Part shown: positions 1-7,898 of the stretch, piece by piece
How the letters are laid out: each line of letters starts with the position of its first letter
Position numbering within the stretch: the first letter of the stretch is position 1
From: Candidatus Omnitrophota bacterium
Lineage (GTDB): Bacteria > Omnitrophota > Gorgyraeia > Zapsychrales > Fredricksoniimonadaceae
Assembly (NCBI GenBank): GCA_030650275.1
Contig: JAUSEK010000011.1
Coordinates: 73,890 to 137,889, forward strand
DNA: 64,000 nt
Reading direction: 5' to 3'
Position numbers and translations under genes: made by a program
The notes under the pieces: generated by a model
Told to the model about the DNA's origin: nothing
What the model saw: only the letters and a program-made list of their open reading frames with translations
Databases searched by the model: none

Positions 1-1
1 C

Positions 2-517
2 CGCCGGCTTTATGATGAAGCCCAAGATGTTCCTGAGGGTGTTTATCGTGTTGCTTTTGGTCAGGCCCGTGTGGCCCTTGAGGGCAAGGACGTGACCCTG
101 GTCGCTTCATCCCATATGGTCTCTGAAGCCAAGAAAGCGGTCCGTCTGCTTGGCCTCAAGGGGATTTCAGCGGAATTGATCGATCTGCGGAGCTTAAGGC
201 CATTGGATGTTCAGACCGTGTATTCTTCAGTTAAAAAAACAGGCCATTTGGTCCTTGTGGAGGGGGATTGGAAACCATGCAGCGTTTCCGGCGAGATCAT
301 CGCTTCATTAGCGGAAAAAGACCCGGGGATCTTTAAGTCAGCGCCCCTGCGGGTCATGTGGCCTGATATGCCCGCACCGACGAGCGCGCCCCTGGAGGAA
401 GCATTTTATCCTTCTGTTAAGGATATAGGGGACGCTTGTTTCAAAGTTTTAGGCAGACCCGGCTCAGTGTCTGAAGAGGAAAGCCAGGAAAAAGTCAAGT
501 TTAGCGGGCCATTTTAG
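2..517 (+). CDS. 2-oxoacid (pyruvate/acetoin) dehydrogenase E1 component beta subunit, C-terminal part; 5' end lies outside the window
   Basis: The frame is open from position 2. Translation ...YDEAQDVPEGVYRVAFGQARVALEGKDVTLVASSHMV...LRPLD... matches the transketolase-C-terminal-like domain of E1-beta subunits. An unusual ~19-aa tail (PGSVSEEESQEKVKFSGPF) precedes the stop at 515-517. Confidence 0.7.
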   Translation, partial: RRLYDEAQDVPEGVYRVAFGQARVALEGKDVTLVASSHMVSEAKKAVRLLGLKGISAELIDLRSLRPLDVQTVYSSVKKTGHLVLVEGDWKPCSVSGEIIASLAEKDPGIFKSAPLRVMWPDMPAPTSAPLEEAFYPSVKDIGDACFKVLGRPGSVSEEESQEKVKFSGPF

Positions 518-539
518 CGGCTTTTTCGGATCGGGTAAA

Positions 540-2057
540 ATGTTTTTGCCCCAAGTGATCAAAAGCGCCAGGGTCATGAAAAAGTCTGCGGCTTATTCGA
601 CGCCAGGGGCGGGAACCATTGTGATGGCCACTGTCAAAGGGGATGTCCATGATATCGGTAAGGACATCGTCGGTGCAGTACTGGCTTGTCATGGTTTTAA
701 AATTATTGATCTGGGCGTCATGGTCCCTTGCGAGAAAATCCTGCAAGAAGCTAAACAAAATAATGCGGACATGATCGGCCTTTCCGGGCTCATTACCCCA
801 TCCCTGGATGAAATGGTGCATGTGGCTTCTGAATTGCAGCGTCAGGGCTTTTCCTTGCCTCTTTTGATCGGAGGAGCAACCACTTCGCCCGCGCATACAG
901 CTGTTAAAATTGAGCCCGTTTATAAAAACGGGTTGGTCATCCATGGTCAAGATGCTTCCGGTTGCGCGGCTGTTTGCCGATCACTGATGGATCCCGAATT
1001 AAAACAAGATCTGATCAACAAAGTCCGCAAAGAATTTGAAGAATTGCGTCAGGAACATTTAAGCCGCCGGTCGAGCCAATCCTTTGTTCCCATTAAAAAA
1101 GCCCGTGAAAAAGCTTTTATGACTGATTGGGAACAAGCCGGCATTACCAAGCCTTCATTTTTAGGCATTAAAGTTTTCCAGAATTTTGACCTGACCCTCA
1201 TCCGTAAACGCATCGACTGGTCACCGTTTTTTATTACCTGGGAACTTAAAGGGAAATTTCCACAGATCCTCAAAGATCCAGTCTTGAATGCTGAAGCCAG
1301 CCGTGTTTATCATGATGCCAACGCTCTTTTGGATGAGATTATTAATAAAAAACTTCTTAAGGCTAACGCGGTTGTAGGTTTTTTTCCTGCTAATTCTGTT
1401 GGAGACGATATCGAATTGTATAGCGATGACGATCGTCAGAATGTGGCTGCTATTTTCTATAATCTGCGCCAGCAGATCATTGTCTGGGAAGATCATCCGC
1501 TTTTATCCCATGCGGATTACGTGGCTCCAAGATCATCCGGGGTCAAAGACTATATCGGCGCTTTCGCGGTGAGTACCGGCATTGGTTTAGACGAGTTGGT
1601 CAAAAATTTTAAAGCCGACCACGATGATTACAAATGCATCATGGCCAAAGCTGTGGCTGACCGTTTGGCAGAGGCATTTGCAGAATTGATGCACGAGAAA
1701 GTGCGCAAAGAGCTTTGGGGTTATGCTCCGCAGGAGGATTTGACCGATGAACAAATTATTTTAGGTCATTATCGGGGTATTCGCCCGGCGCCGGGGTATC
1801 CGGCCTACCCCGACCATACAGAAAAAGCGACATTATTTAAAATTTTAGATGCTACTAAGAATACCGGCATTAACTTAACGGAGACTTTTGCCATGTTCCC
1901 CACTGCAGCCGTCAGTGGCCTCTATTTTGCTCATCCACAATCAAAATATTTTGCCATCAACACAATAGACCAGGACCAGATCACCGACTACGCCAAACGT
2001 AAGAAAATATCCGTACAAGAAGCTGAAAAATGGCTAGGGTCGAATTTGAGATACTAG
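540..2057 (+). CDS. metH: Methionine synthase MetH C-terminal half only: B12-binding Rossmann domain plus AdoMet reactivation domain; the N-terminal Hcy/folate/cap modules are absent (truncated gene, possibly pseudogene)
   Basis: Cobalamin-binding DxHxxG motif (TVKGDVHDIGKDIVGAVL). Long stretches are near-identical to recalled E. coli MetH residues ~745-1227 (ADMIGLSGLITPSLDEMV, IDWSPFFITWELKGKFPQIL, HDDYKCIMAKAVADRLAEAFAE, GIRPAPGYPAYPDHTEKATLF). The ORF begins 23 nt after the upstream stop, leaving no room for the catalytic modules. Confidence 0.8.
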   Translation: MFLPQVIKSARVMKKSAAYSTPGAGTIVMATVKGDVHDIGKDIVGAVLACHGFKIIDLGVMVPCEKILQEAKQNNADMIGLSGLITPSLDEMVHVASELQRQGFSLPLLIGGATTSPAHTAVKIEPVYKNGLVIHGQDASGCAAVCRSLMDPELKQDLINKVRKEFEELRQEHLSRRSSQSFVPIKKAREKAFMTDWEQAGITKPSFLGIKVFQNFDLTLIRKRIDWSPFFITWELKGKFPQILKDPVLNAEASRVYHDANALLDEIINKKLLKANAVVGFFPANSVGDDIELYSDDDRQNVAAIFYNLRQQIIVWEDHPLLSHADYVAPRSSGVKDYIGAFAVSTGIGLDELVKNFKADHDDYKCIMAKAVADRLAEAFAELMHEKVRKELWGYAPQEDLTDEQIILGHYRGIRPAPGYPAYPDHTEKATLFKILDATKNTGINLTETFAMFPTAAVSGLYFAHPQSKYFAINTIDQDQITDYAKRKKISVQEAEKWLGSNLRY

Positions 2058-2063
2058 GTTCTT

Positions 2064-2972
2064 ATGAGAATCGTTTCTTTAATTGCCAGCAGCACGGAGA
2101 TTGTCTGTGCCTTAGGTTTTGAAGGCTCCCTGGTTGGGCGTTCACATGAATGTGATTACCCGCTGGACGTCCGGCAGCTGCCCGCCTGTTCCGAGCCTAA
2201 ATTTAATATCCATGGGACCAGCCGTGAGATCGATGAGCGTGTTAAGACGATTGTCCGTGAATCTCTTTCCGTTTATCGTGTTGATACCGAGAGGCTTAAA
2301 GCTTTAAAACCGGATGTTATTATCACGCAGGACCATTGTGAGGTCTGCGCGGTGAGCCTTAAAGATGTACAAGAGGCAGTGTGTGATTGGGTTGGAGACG
2401 AAGTTAAAATAGTTACTTTGCGGCCCAATGCCCTGCTTGATGTGTGGCAGGGAATAAGACAGGTTGCGGATGCCTTGGGTCAGCCCAATCAGGCGGAAAA
2501 GCTTATCAGACACTGTCAAGAGCGCATGTCAGATATTGCGCGGAAAACGAAAAGTTTGCCTCAACACCCATCGGTGGCATGTATCGAATGGATTGAGCCA
2601 TTGATGTGCGCGGGTAATTGGGTGCCGGAATTGGTGGAGATGGCAGGTGGAAAGGACCTTTTTGGAAAACCGGGAGAGCATTCCCCGTGGATGAGCTGGG
2701 AACAATTGCACCAAGCCGATCCTGAGGTGATTATAGTAATGCCTTGCGGTTGGGATATTGAACGTATTCGCCAAGAAATGCCTATTTTAATGAAAAATCC
2801 CGGGTGGCATCAATTAAAAGCCGTCCGGCAAAACAAAGTCTATTTGACGGATGGTAACCAGTATTTTAACCGTCCGGGCCCCCGATTGGTTGAATCATTA
2901 GAAATTCTCGCCGAAATAATGCATCCTAAAGTGTTTCAATTTGGCCATGAAGGAGTCGGCTGGCAGCGTTAA
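2064..2972 (+). CDS. BtuF-like cobalamin/siderophore-binding protein (periplasmic-binding-protein type 2 fold) lacking a signal peptide
   Basis: N-terminus MRIVSLIASSTEIVCALGFEGSLVGRSHECDYP resembles mature BtuF/FhuD-type binding proteins (xVVSLsPsxTElLxALG...lVGvs..sdYP). No hydrophobic leader is present. It sits adjacent to the B12-domain fragment. Confidence 0.55.
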   Translation: MRIVSLIASSTEIVCALGFEGSLVGRSHECDYPLDVRQLPACSEPKFNIHGTSREIDERVKTIVRESLSVYRVDTERLKALKPDVIITQDHCEVCAVSLKDVQEAVCDWVGDEVKIVTLRPNALLDVWQGIRQVADALGQPNQAEKLIRHCQERMSDIARKTKSLPQHPSVACIEWIEPLMCAGNWVPELVEMAGGKDLFGKPGEHSPWMSWEQLHQADPEVIIVMPCGWDIERIRQEMPILMKNPGWHQLKAVRQNKVYLTDGNQYFNRPGPRLVESLEILAEIMHPKVFQFGHEGVGWQR

Positions 2973-3031
2973 AAGCATTTTGGCGAAAAAATTTGTATTT
3001 TTGTAAGAAATGTTGTAGGATAACCCCCCAT

Positions 3032-4000
3032 ATGCAAGCGCCGATCTTATCCATTATTTTTTCTTTTCGCAATGAGGAGCATGTTCTTCAGGAATTAATT
3101 TCACGCGTCAGGGCCGTATTGACCAAAGAAAAAGAACATAACGCCATTGCCGGATGGGAATTAATTTTTGTCAATGATGCTTCCAATGACAGGTCTTTAG
3201 AGGTCCTTTTGCGGCATGCCCAGAACACGAAAGACATTAAAATAATCACCATGTCGAGGGTTTTTGGAGTTGCTCCCTGTGTCATGGCGGGTTTGGCCCA
3301 AGCCCAAGGGGACGCGGCCATATATATGGATGCTGATCTGCAGGATCCTCCGGAATTGATCCCGGAAATGCTTAAAGCCATGCGCGAACAAAACGCCGAT
3401 GTGGTGCATACCGTGCGCCGTTCGCGTCAGGGAGAAAGCGCCTTTAAACTGTTCATTACAAAGATCGGCTACCGTATCCTCAATCGCTATTCAACAGTGC
3501 CCATCCCCCAGGAAGCGGGAGATTTCAAACTGCTTTCCCGGCGGGTCATTGACCATTTGCTGCTGCTCAAAGAGATCAATCCGTTCATGCGCGGGCTTGT
3601 GGCATGGGTCGGGTTTAAACAGGTTTTCATTGCCTATGACCGCCAGGCGCGGTTCGCGGGAAAAAGCAAATTTTTTGTGCTCGGGAAAAAGGTGATCTCC
3701 AATTTTTTAAACTCCGCCATCATCAATTTTTCTTCCGTGCCTTTGAAGATCGCTTCTTATTGCGGTTTATCTGCTATTTTAGTAAGTATCCTGTTTGCCA
3801 TGAATGCTTTGATCCAAAATATCAATGGCGCGGCGATCCCCGGGTGGACGGCCCTGATGCTGGTCATTATTTTTATCGGAGGGGTGCAGTTGTTTTGTAT
3901 CGGCATGATCGGCCTGTATTTAAATGCTGTCCACGAACAAAGTAAAATGCGGCCTAATTATATCATCGAGTCGACCTATGGGATCAACCCCCGCGCGTAA
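3032..4000 (+). CDS. GT2 polyprenyl-phosphate sugar transferase (GtrB/ArnC/DPM1-like) with two C-terminal TM helices
   Basis: MQAPILSIIFSFRNEEHVL...FVNDASND...DADLQDP motifs of GT-A GT2 enzymes. C-terminal hydrophobic segments are typical of bactoprenol-phosphate glycosyltransferases. Confidence 0.75.
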   Translation: MQAPILSIIFSFRNEEHVLQELISRVRAVLTKEKEHNAIAGWELIFVNDASNDRSLEVLLRHAQNTKDIKIITMSRVFGVAPCVMAGLAQAQGDAAIYMDADLQDPPELIPEMLKAMREQNADVVHTVRRSRQGESAFKLFITKIGYRILNRYSTVPIPQEAGDFKLLSRRVIDHLLLLKEINPFMRGLVAWVGFKQVFIAYDRQARFAGKSKFFVLGKKVISNFLNSAIINFSSVPLKIASYCGLSAILVSILFAMNALIQNINGAAIPGWTALMLVIIFIGGVQLFCIGMIGLYLNAVHEQSKMRPNYIIESTYGINPRA

Positions 4001-5018
4001 CAGTTATCACCGCCTTAAGGCCAAACTTTTCCTGACAGGGATGCTCAGCGGAAAGATCACTGTCCGCAAACTTTGGAATGTGCTCCTGTGCACCGCGGCC
4101 TATTTATTAAAAACAAAAAGATCAGCAAGCTCTCCTTTTATCCTTAGCCTTGAACTATGGAATGAATGCAACGCGGGCTGTCTTTTCTGCCGTGATAAAA
4201 AAGGGACCATTTACAACCTCAATCCCAACAACCCCACCTTAGGCAGTATCTCAAAAGGGAAAATGCCGGCTGAAATGGCCATGGACATCATCGACCAGGT
4301 CAAAAAAGATGTTTTGATCGCGGTGCTTTACACCAACGGCGAGCCGTTGCTGTATAAAGACCTTGGAAAAGTGATCCGGTTTGCCACCGAACGCAAGGTG
4401 ATGACCATGATCTCAACGAACGGCTTGTTGTTCACCGAACAGAACGCCCGAGAGATATTGGCGGCGGGACTGGACTTTATCAAGATCCAGTTGGGAGGGT
4501 TCACCCAGGACATTTACAGCATTCAGATCCGTTACGGCGAGGTTGAGAAACTTAAAGAAAATATCCGCATGGTGGCGCGCATCAAAAAAGAATTGAATAC
4601 GCCCGCTTTGATCATGATCGATTGGATTACCTATAATTATAATCGCCACCAGATCCCCTTGATCCGTCAATTCTGTCAGGAATTGGGCGTGATGTTGAGT
4701 TTCCGTCAGGGAAATCCCCGGGGAGGATTGGAAGGCAAAGAAACAGCCCTTCCGACCACGACACTTCCCATTTCTTGCGACTGGTTATGGAAAGCCATGC
4801 AGGTCAATTTCAACGGGGACATGCTGCAATGCTGTGAAGGGGTGGTCTGGAGTAATCTGAAACCATACGCCACCTACAAAGCCGGCGACAGGAATGTCCG
4901 TGAAATTTGGAACGGCCCCGCCGCCATAGCCACCCGTGAGTTGATGGCGACCAAAGGGCGTAAATCCATGCCCATCTGCAGTCAATGCCAACGTTCAGGC
5001 GTGGCATTTAAATGGTGA
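3978..5018 (+). CDS. Radical SAM enzyme with C-terminal SPASM/twitch-like Cys cluster
   Basis: CxxxCxxC motif (ELWNECNAGCLFC). C-terminal cysteines (CDW..., CCEG..., PICSQCQ) are consistent with an auxiliary Fe-S domain. Start is ambiguous (3978 or 4044). Confidence 0.6.
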   Translation: MGSTPARNSYHRLKAKLFLTGMLSGKITVRKLWNVLLCTAAYLLKTKRSASSPFILSLELWNECNAGCLFCRDKKGTIYNLNPNNPTLGSISKGKMPAEMAMDIIDQVKKDVLIAVLYTNGEPLLYKDLGKVIRFATERKVMTMISTNGLLFTEQNAREILAAGLDFIKIQLGGFTQDIYSIQIRYGEVEKLKENIRMVARIKKELNTPALIMIDWITYNYNRHQIPLIRQFCQELGVMLSFRQGNPRGGLEGKETALPTTTLPISCDWLWKAMQVNFNGDMLQCCEGVVWSNLKPYATYKAGDRNVREIWNGPAAIATRELMATKGRKSMPICSQCQRSGVAFKW

Positions 5019-5025
5019 GGGATCA

Positions 5026-6180
5026 ATGCGTTTGATACGGATTTGGACTGGAATTTTATTTGTATTGTTGGCGGCCCTTGGATTGTGGATCGCTTCCCAG
5101 AGGCCCTTATGGAACGATGAGTATTACTCTTTAATCTATATTACCTTGGGGCAGTCCTACAAAGCGATCCTCATAGGACTTCACGAAGGCGGTAATTCTC
5201 CGTTATCTTTTGTTTTACAAAAGGCGCAATGCGACCTGTTTTCTTATCATCTCCCGCAGGAATGGGTCAAAGGGCATTGGGAAGGGACCTATGTCTTTGA
5301 TCAGTTCTTTTTAAGGATACAATCAGTTGTTTTCATGTCAGCGGCCTTGAGCGCGGTATTTTATTATTTTGGACGGCGTCATTCCTGGGGCATGGGCCTC
5401 TACGCGTTAGCCGTGACCATGACATCTTTCTTGTTTTGGATCCATTGGACAGAAGCCCGGCCGTACGCGGAGTGGTTTGCTCTGAGCCTGTTCCAGATCT
5501 TATTTTTATTGAATATTTTAGAAGGCCCGGCCGATCAAAATAAAAAGAGCTGGTACGGTCTTGTTTTCATTCATTGGCTTTTGGCTTTGACGTCGATCAT
5601 CAGTGCCGTTCAAATTACGGCGGCCGGCGCGGTATTATGGATGTTCCGTCGTCCACGGCTCCTTTGGTATGTTCCCCTGGTCCTGCTCCCTCTGGGGATA
5701 TGCGGATTTTATTACATTCATTCGCCGCAATACCTCTCTTACTTTGTTGATGGTCCGGTGGCCTTAATTAATGCTAATATCTCCAAGGATCGATTATTTT
5801 TTATTTTTATGTCCGCCCTTGTTCTTATTGTTCAATGCCGGGGGAAGGATTGGAAGGCGCATTTGGAAATTAAATATTTAGCTTTTTTTCTTTTGATGCT
5901 GGGGGGCTTCGGGCTCCTGCTTTTGAAATTGAAGTATGGTCAAGGAGAAGGACAGAAAATTTTGCAAATTTCTAACCGTTATTTTTTGTCATTGACCCCA
6001 GCGGGGATCGTGGGGACCGTGCTTTTGTCGGAATATTTGATACGCGCCTTTCCGTCAAGGGTATGGAGAGCGGCGGCGATCGTGATTTTGGCCGGCTTTT
6101 TAGTTTTCCGTGCATACAGAACGATCCAACTGGTTCCCAACCAGATCTTACCTACCGGTCTAGAATTCATTAAGAGCTAA
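5026..6180 (+). CDS. Polytopic membrane protein, putative GT-C fold glycosyltransferase (ArnT/PMT-like)
   Basis: About 10 predicted hydrophobic helices, with an N-terminal TM followed by a DE-containing loop (RPLWNDEYYSL). It lies downstream of the GtrB-like gene, as in three-component Gtr glycosylation modules. Confidence 0.4.
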   Translation: MRLIRIWTGILFVLLAALGLWIASQRPLWNDEYYSLIYITLGQSYKAILIGLHEGGNSPLSFVLQKAQCDLFSYHLPQEWVKGHWEGTYVFDQFFLRIQSVVFMSAALSAVFYYFGRRHSWGMGLYALAVTMTSFLFWIHWTEARPYAEWFALSLFQILFLLNILEGPADQNKKSWYGLVFIHWLLALTSIISAVQITAAGAVLWMFRRPRLLWYVPLVLLPLGICGFYYIHSPQYLSYFVDGPVALINANISKDRLFFIFMSALVLIVQCRGKDWKAHLEIKYLAFFLLMLGGFGLLLLKLKYGQGEGQKILQISNRYFLSLTPAGIVGTVLLSEYLIRAFPSRVWRAAAIVILAGFLVFRAYRTIQLVPNQILPTGLEFIKS

Positions 6181-6200
6181 AGGTCATCGATAACTATCTC

Positions 6201-6229
6201 TTGACAGGGGAAAGAGAGAGTTTATAATT
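6201..6229 (+). promoter_or_regulatory. Consensus sigma70 promoter: TTGACA, 17-bp spacer, TATAAT
   Basis: cTTGACAggggaaagagagagttTATAATtgg. Perfect -35 and -10 hexamers at optimal spacing in one of the few intergenic gaps. Confidence 0.6.
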
Positions 6230-6234
6230 GGGAT

Positions 6235-6249
6235 GTTCAATAATTGAAC
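6235..6249. promoter_or_regulatory. Perfect 7-1-7 palindrome GTTCAATAATTGAAC at the predicted transcription start (candidate operator)
   Basis: Seen directly in the sequence. An identical palindrome recurs at 18020-18034 downstream of a second copy of the promoter. Confidence 0.45.
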
Positions 6250-6262
6250 TTCCTAACCGACT

Positions 6263-6820
6263 ATGCCTAAAGAACTTTTAAACGAACGCGAATTTGAATT
6301 GGTGAATATCGTGGGGGCGCAATTAGGCGTTAACCAGCGTGATATTTCCCGCCAATTGAGGGTTTCCTTAGGAATGACAAACATGCTTTTGCATCGTTTG
6401 ATCGCCAAAGGGTATATCCGCATCCATCAGCTGAATAAGCGCAAAATACAATACCTTTTGACCCCCAAGGGGTTTTCCGAGAAATTGCGCAAATCCATCA
6501 GATATACCATTAAAACCCTCAATTCCATTGAAACCATTAAGGATCATTTAAAAACAATTTTTAAGGAATCGTACCAAGAAGGAGAAAGAAACTTCAATAT
6601 TCTTGGCCATTCTGATCTGGCCTTGTTGGCGGAAATGGCTATCAAGGAAGTTTCCAAGGGAGATCACACCATCGTATTTATTCAAACACTTCAGGAAGCC
6701 AATAAAGATGCGTTGGCCTGTATTTGTAAGGAAGGGTATGAAGACCTACCTCTCCAGGGACCAAAAATGATGAATTTGATCACAGAGTTAGCTCAACGGG
6801 AAACAAGATTCATTCATTAA
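6263..6820 (+). CDS. Winged-helix transcriptional regulator (MarR-like N-terminal HTH) with uncharacterised C-terminal domain
   Basis: N-terminal ~80 aa (LVNIVGAQLGVNQRDISRQLRVSLGMTNMLLHRLIAKGYIRI) has the HTH-wing pattern. First gene after the consensus promoter/palindrome. Confidence 0.5.
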   Translation: MPKELLNEREFELVNIVGAQLGVNQRDISRQLRVSLGMTNMLLHRLIAKGYIRIHQLNKRKIQYLLTPKGFSEKLRKSIRYTIKTLNSIETIKDHLKTIFKESYQEGERNFNILGHSDLALLAEMAIKEVSKGDHTIVFIQTLQEANKDALACICKEGYEDLPLQGPKMMNLITELAQRETRFIH

Positions 6821-6826
6821 CAAAGG

Positions 6827-7888
6827 ATGGTTATGGATACGACTATTTTAGACAACAAAAGTATTTTGATCACCGGGGGAACAGGATCATTCGGTAAGAA
6901 AATGGTCCAGATCGTTTTAAAACAATTCCGTCCCAAGCGATTGGTCGTTTTTTCCAGGGATGAATTAAAACAATTTGAAATGGCGCAAAAATGGAAACCA
7001 TCCGAGCATCCTTGCCTGGAATATGTGCTGGGGGACGTGCGCGACGGCAACCGTTTATGCCGGGTTTTTGAAGGCATTGATTATGTGGTCCACGCGGCGG
7101 CGCTCAAGCAGGTCCCCGCGGCCGAGCGCAATCCCGATGAATATATTAAAACCAATGTCATGGGGGCGATGAACATCATTGAAGCGGCATTGCATTGCCA
7201 TGTCAAGAAAGTGATCGCCCTGTCAACGGACAAGGCGTGCAACCCCATCAACCTTTACGGGGCGACAAAATTATGTTCCGACAAACTGTTCGTGGCTGAA
7301 AACAACGCGGTCCTTCCGTCGAGAACGCAATTTTCAGTCGTGCGTTACGGCAATGTCGTCGGTTCCAGGGGTTCCGTCATCCCATTTTTCAGGGAACGCG
7401 CCAAAACAGGGGTCTTGCCCATCACTGATGATCGCATGACGCGTTTTTGGATCACCCTGGATCAGGCCGTTTATCTGGTGCTGATGTCCCTGCAAAGGTC
7501 CACGGGGGGAGAAATTTTTGTCCCTCGTATTCCGTCCATGAAGATCACTGACCTGGCCACGGCGATCGCCCCGGACTGCAAACAAGAAGTCATTGGCATC
7601 CGCCCCGGAGAAAAGATCCATGAAACATTGATCAGCGAGGATGAGGCCAGGTCTGCCATTGAATTTCAGGATTGTTTTGTGGTCCAATACAATGCCGACC
7701 AACGGGACATTCTTTTGGCCCAGGCAGGAAAACATAAAGGGAAGGCCTGTCCGGAAGGATTCACTTATCGTTCGGATTCCAATACCGAATGGATGACGGT
7801 CAACGAATTGAAAGAAATGATTGAGCGCATTGCGGACGATTATGCCATTGAAAAGTCGCGTTTTTCCATGACGGGCGTTTCCCAATAG
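6827..7888 (+). CDS. pseB: UDP-N-acetylglucosamine 4,6-dehydratase (inverting), PseB/FlaA1 family
   Basis: N-terminus MVMDTTILDNKSILITGGTGSFGKKMVQIVL is near-identical in pattern to H. pylori FlaA1/PseB (MLDNQTILITGGTGSFGK). Length 353 aa. Confidence 0.8.
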   Translation: MVMDTTILDNKSILITGGTGSFGKKMVQIVLKQFRPKRLVVFSRDELKQFEMAQKWKPSEHPCLEYVLGDVRDGNRLCRVFEGIDYVVHAAALKQVPAAERNPDEYIKTNVMGAMNIIEAALHCHVKKVIALSTDKACNPINLYGATKLCSDKLFVAENNAVLPSRTQFSVVRYGNVVGSRGSVIPFFRERAKTGVLPITDDRMTRFWITLDQAVYLVLMSLQRSTGGEIFVPRIPSMKITDLATAIAPDCKQEVIGIRPGEKIHETLISEDEARSAIEFQDCFVVQYNADQRDILLAQAGKHKGKACPEGFTYRSDSNTEWMTVNELKEMIERIADDYAIEKSRFSMTGVSQ

Positions 7889-7898
7889 GTGTAAGGAT

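Larger units (their letters stand above)
6198..6300 (+). repeat. Copy 1 of a duplicated ~100-bp promoter/operator/leader/first-codons segment (copy 2 at 17986-18085)
   Basis: Shared blocks are cttgacagg, tataatt, gttcaataattgaact, tatgcctaaagaa(c/g)ttttaaac and gaatt. Confidence 0.7.

Noticed and set aside
3924-4044. Upstream start (3924) for the radical SAM ORF given in the ORF track
   Set aside because: It would overlap the GT2 gene by 77 nt, and the extension (MLSTNKVKCGLIISSSRP) has no radical SAM similarity. Later starts (3978 or 4044) are more plausible. The exact start remains uncertain.
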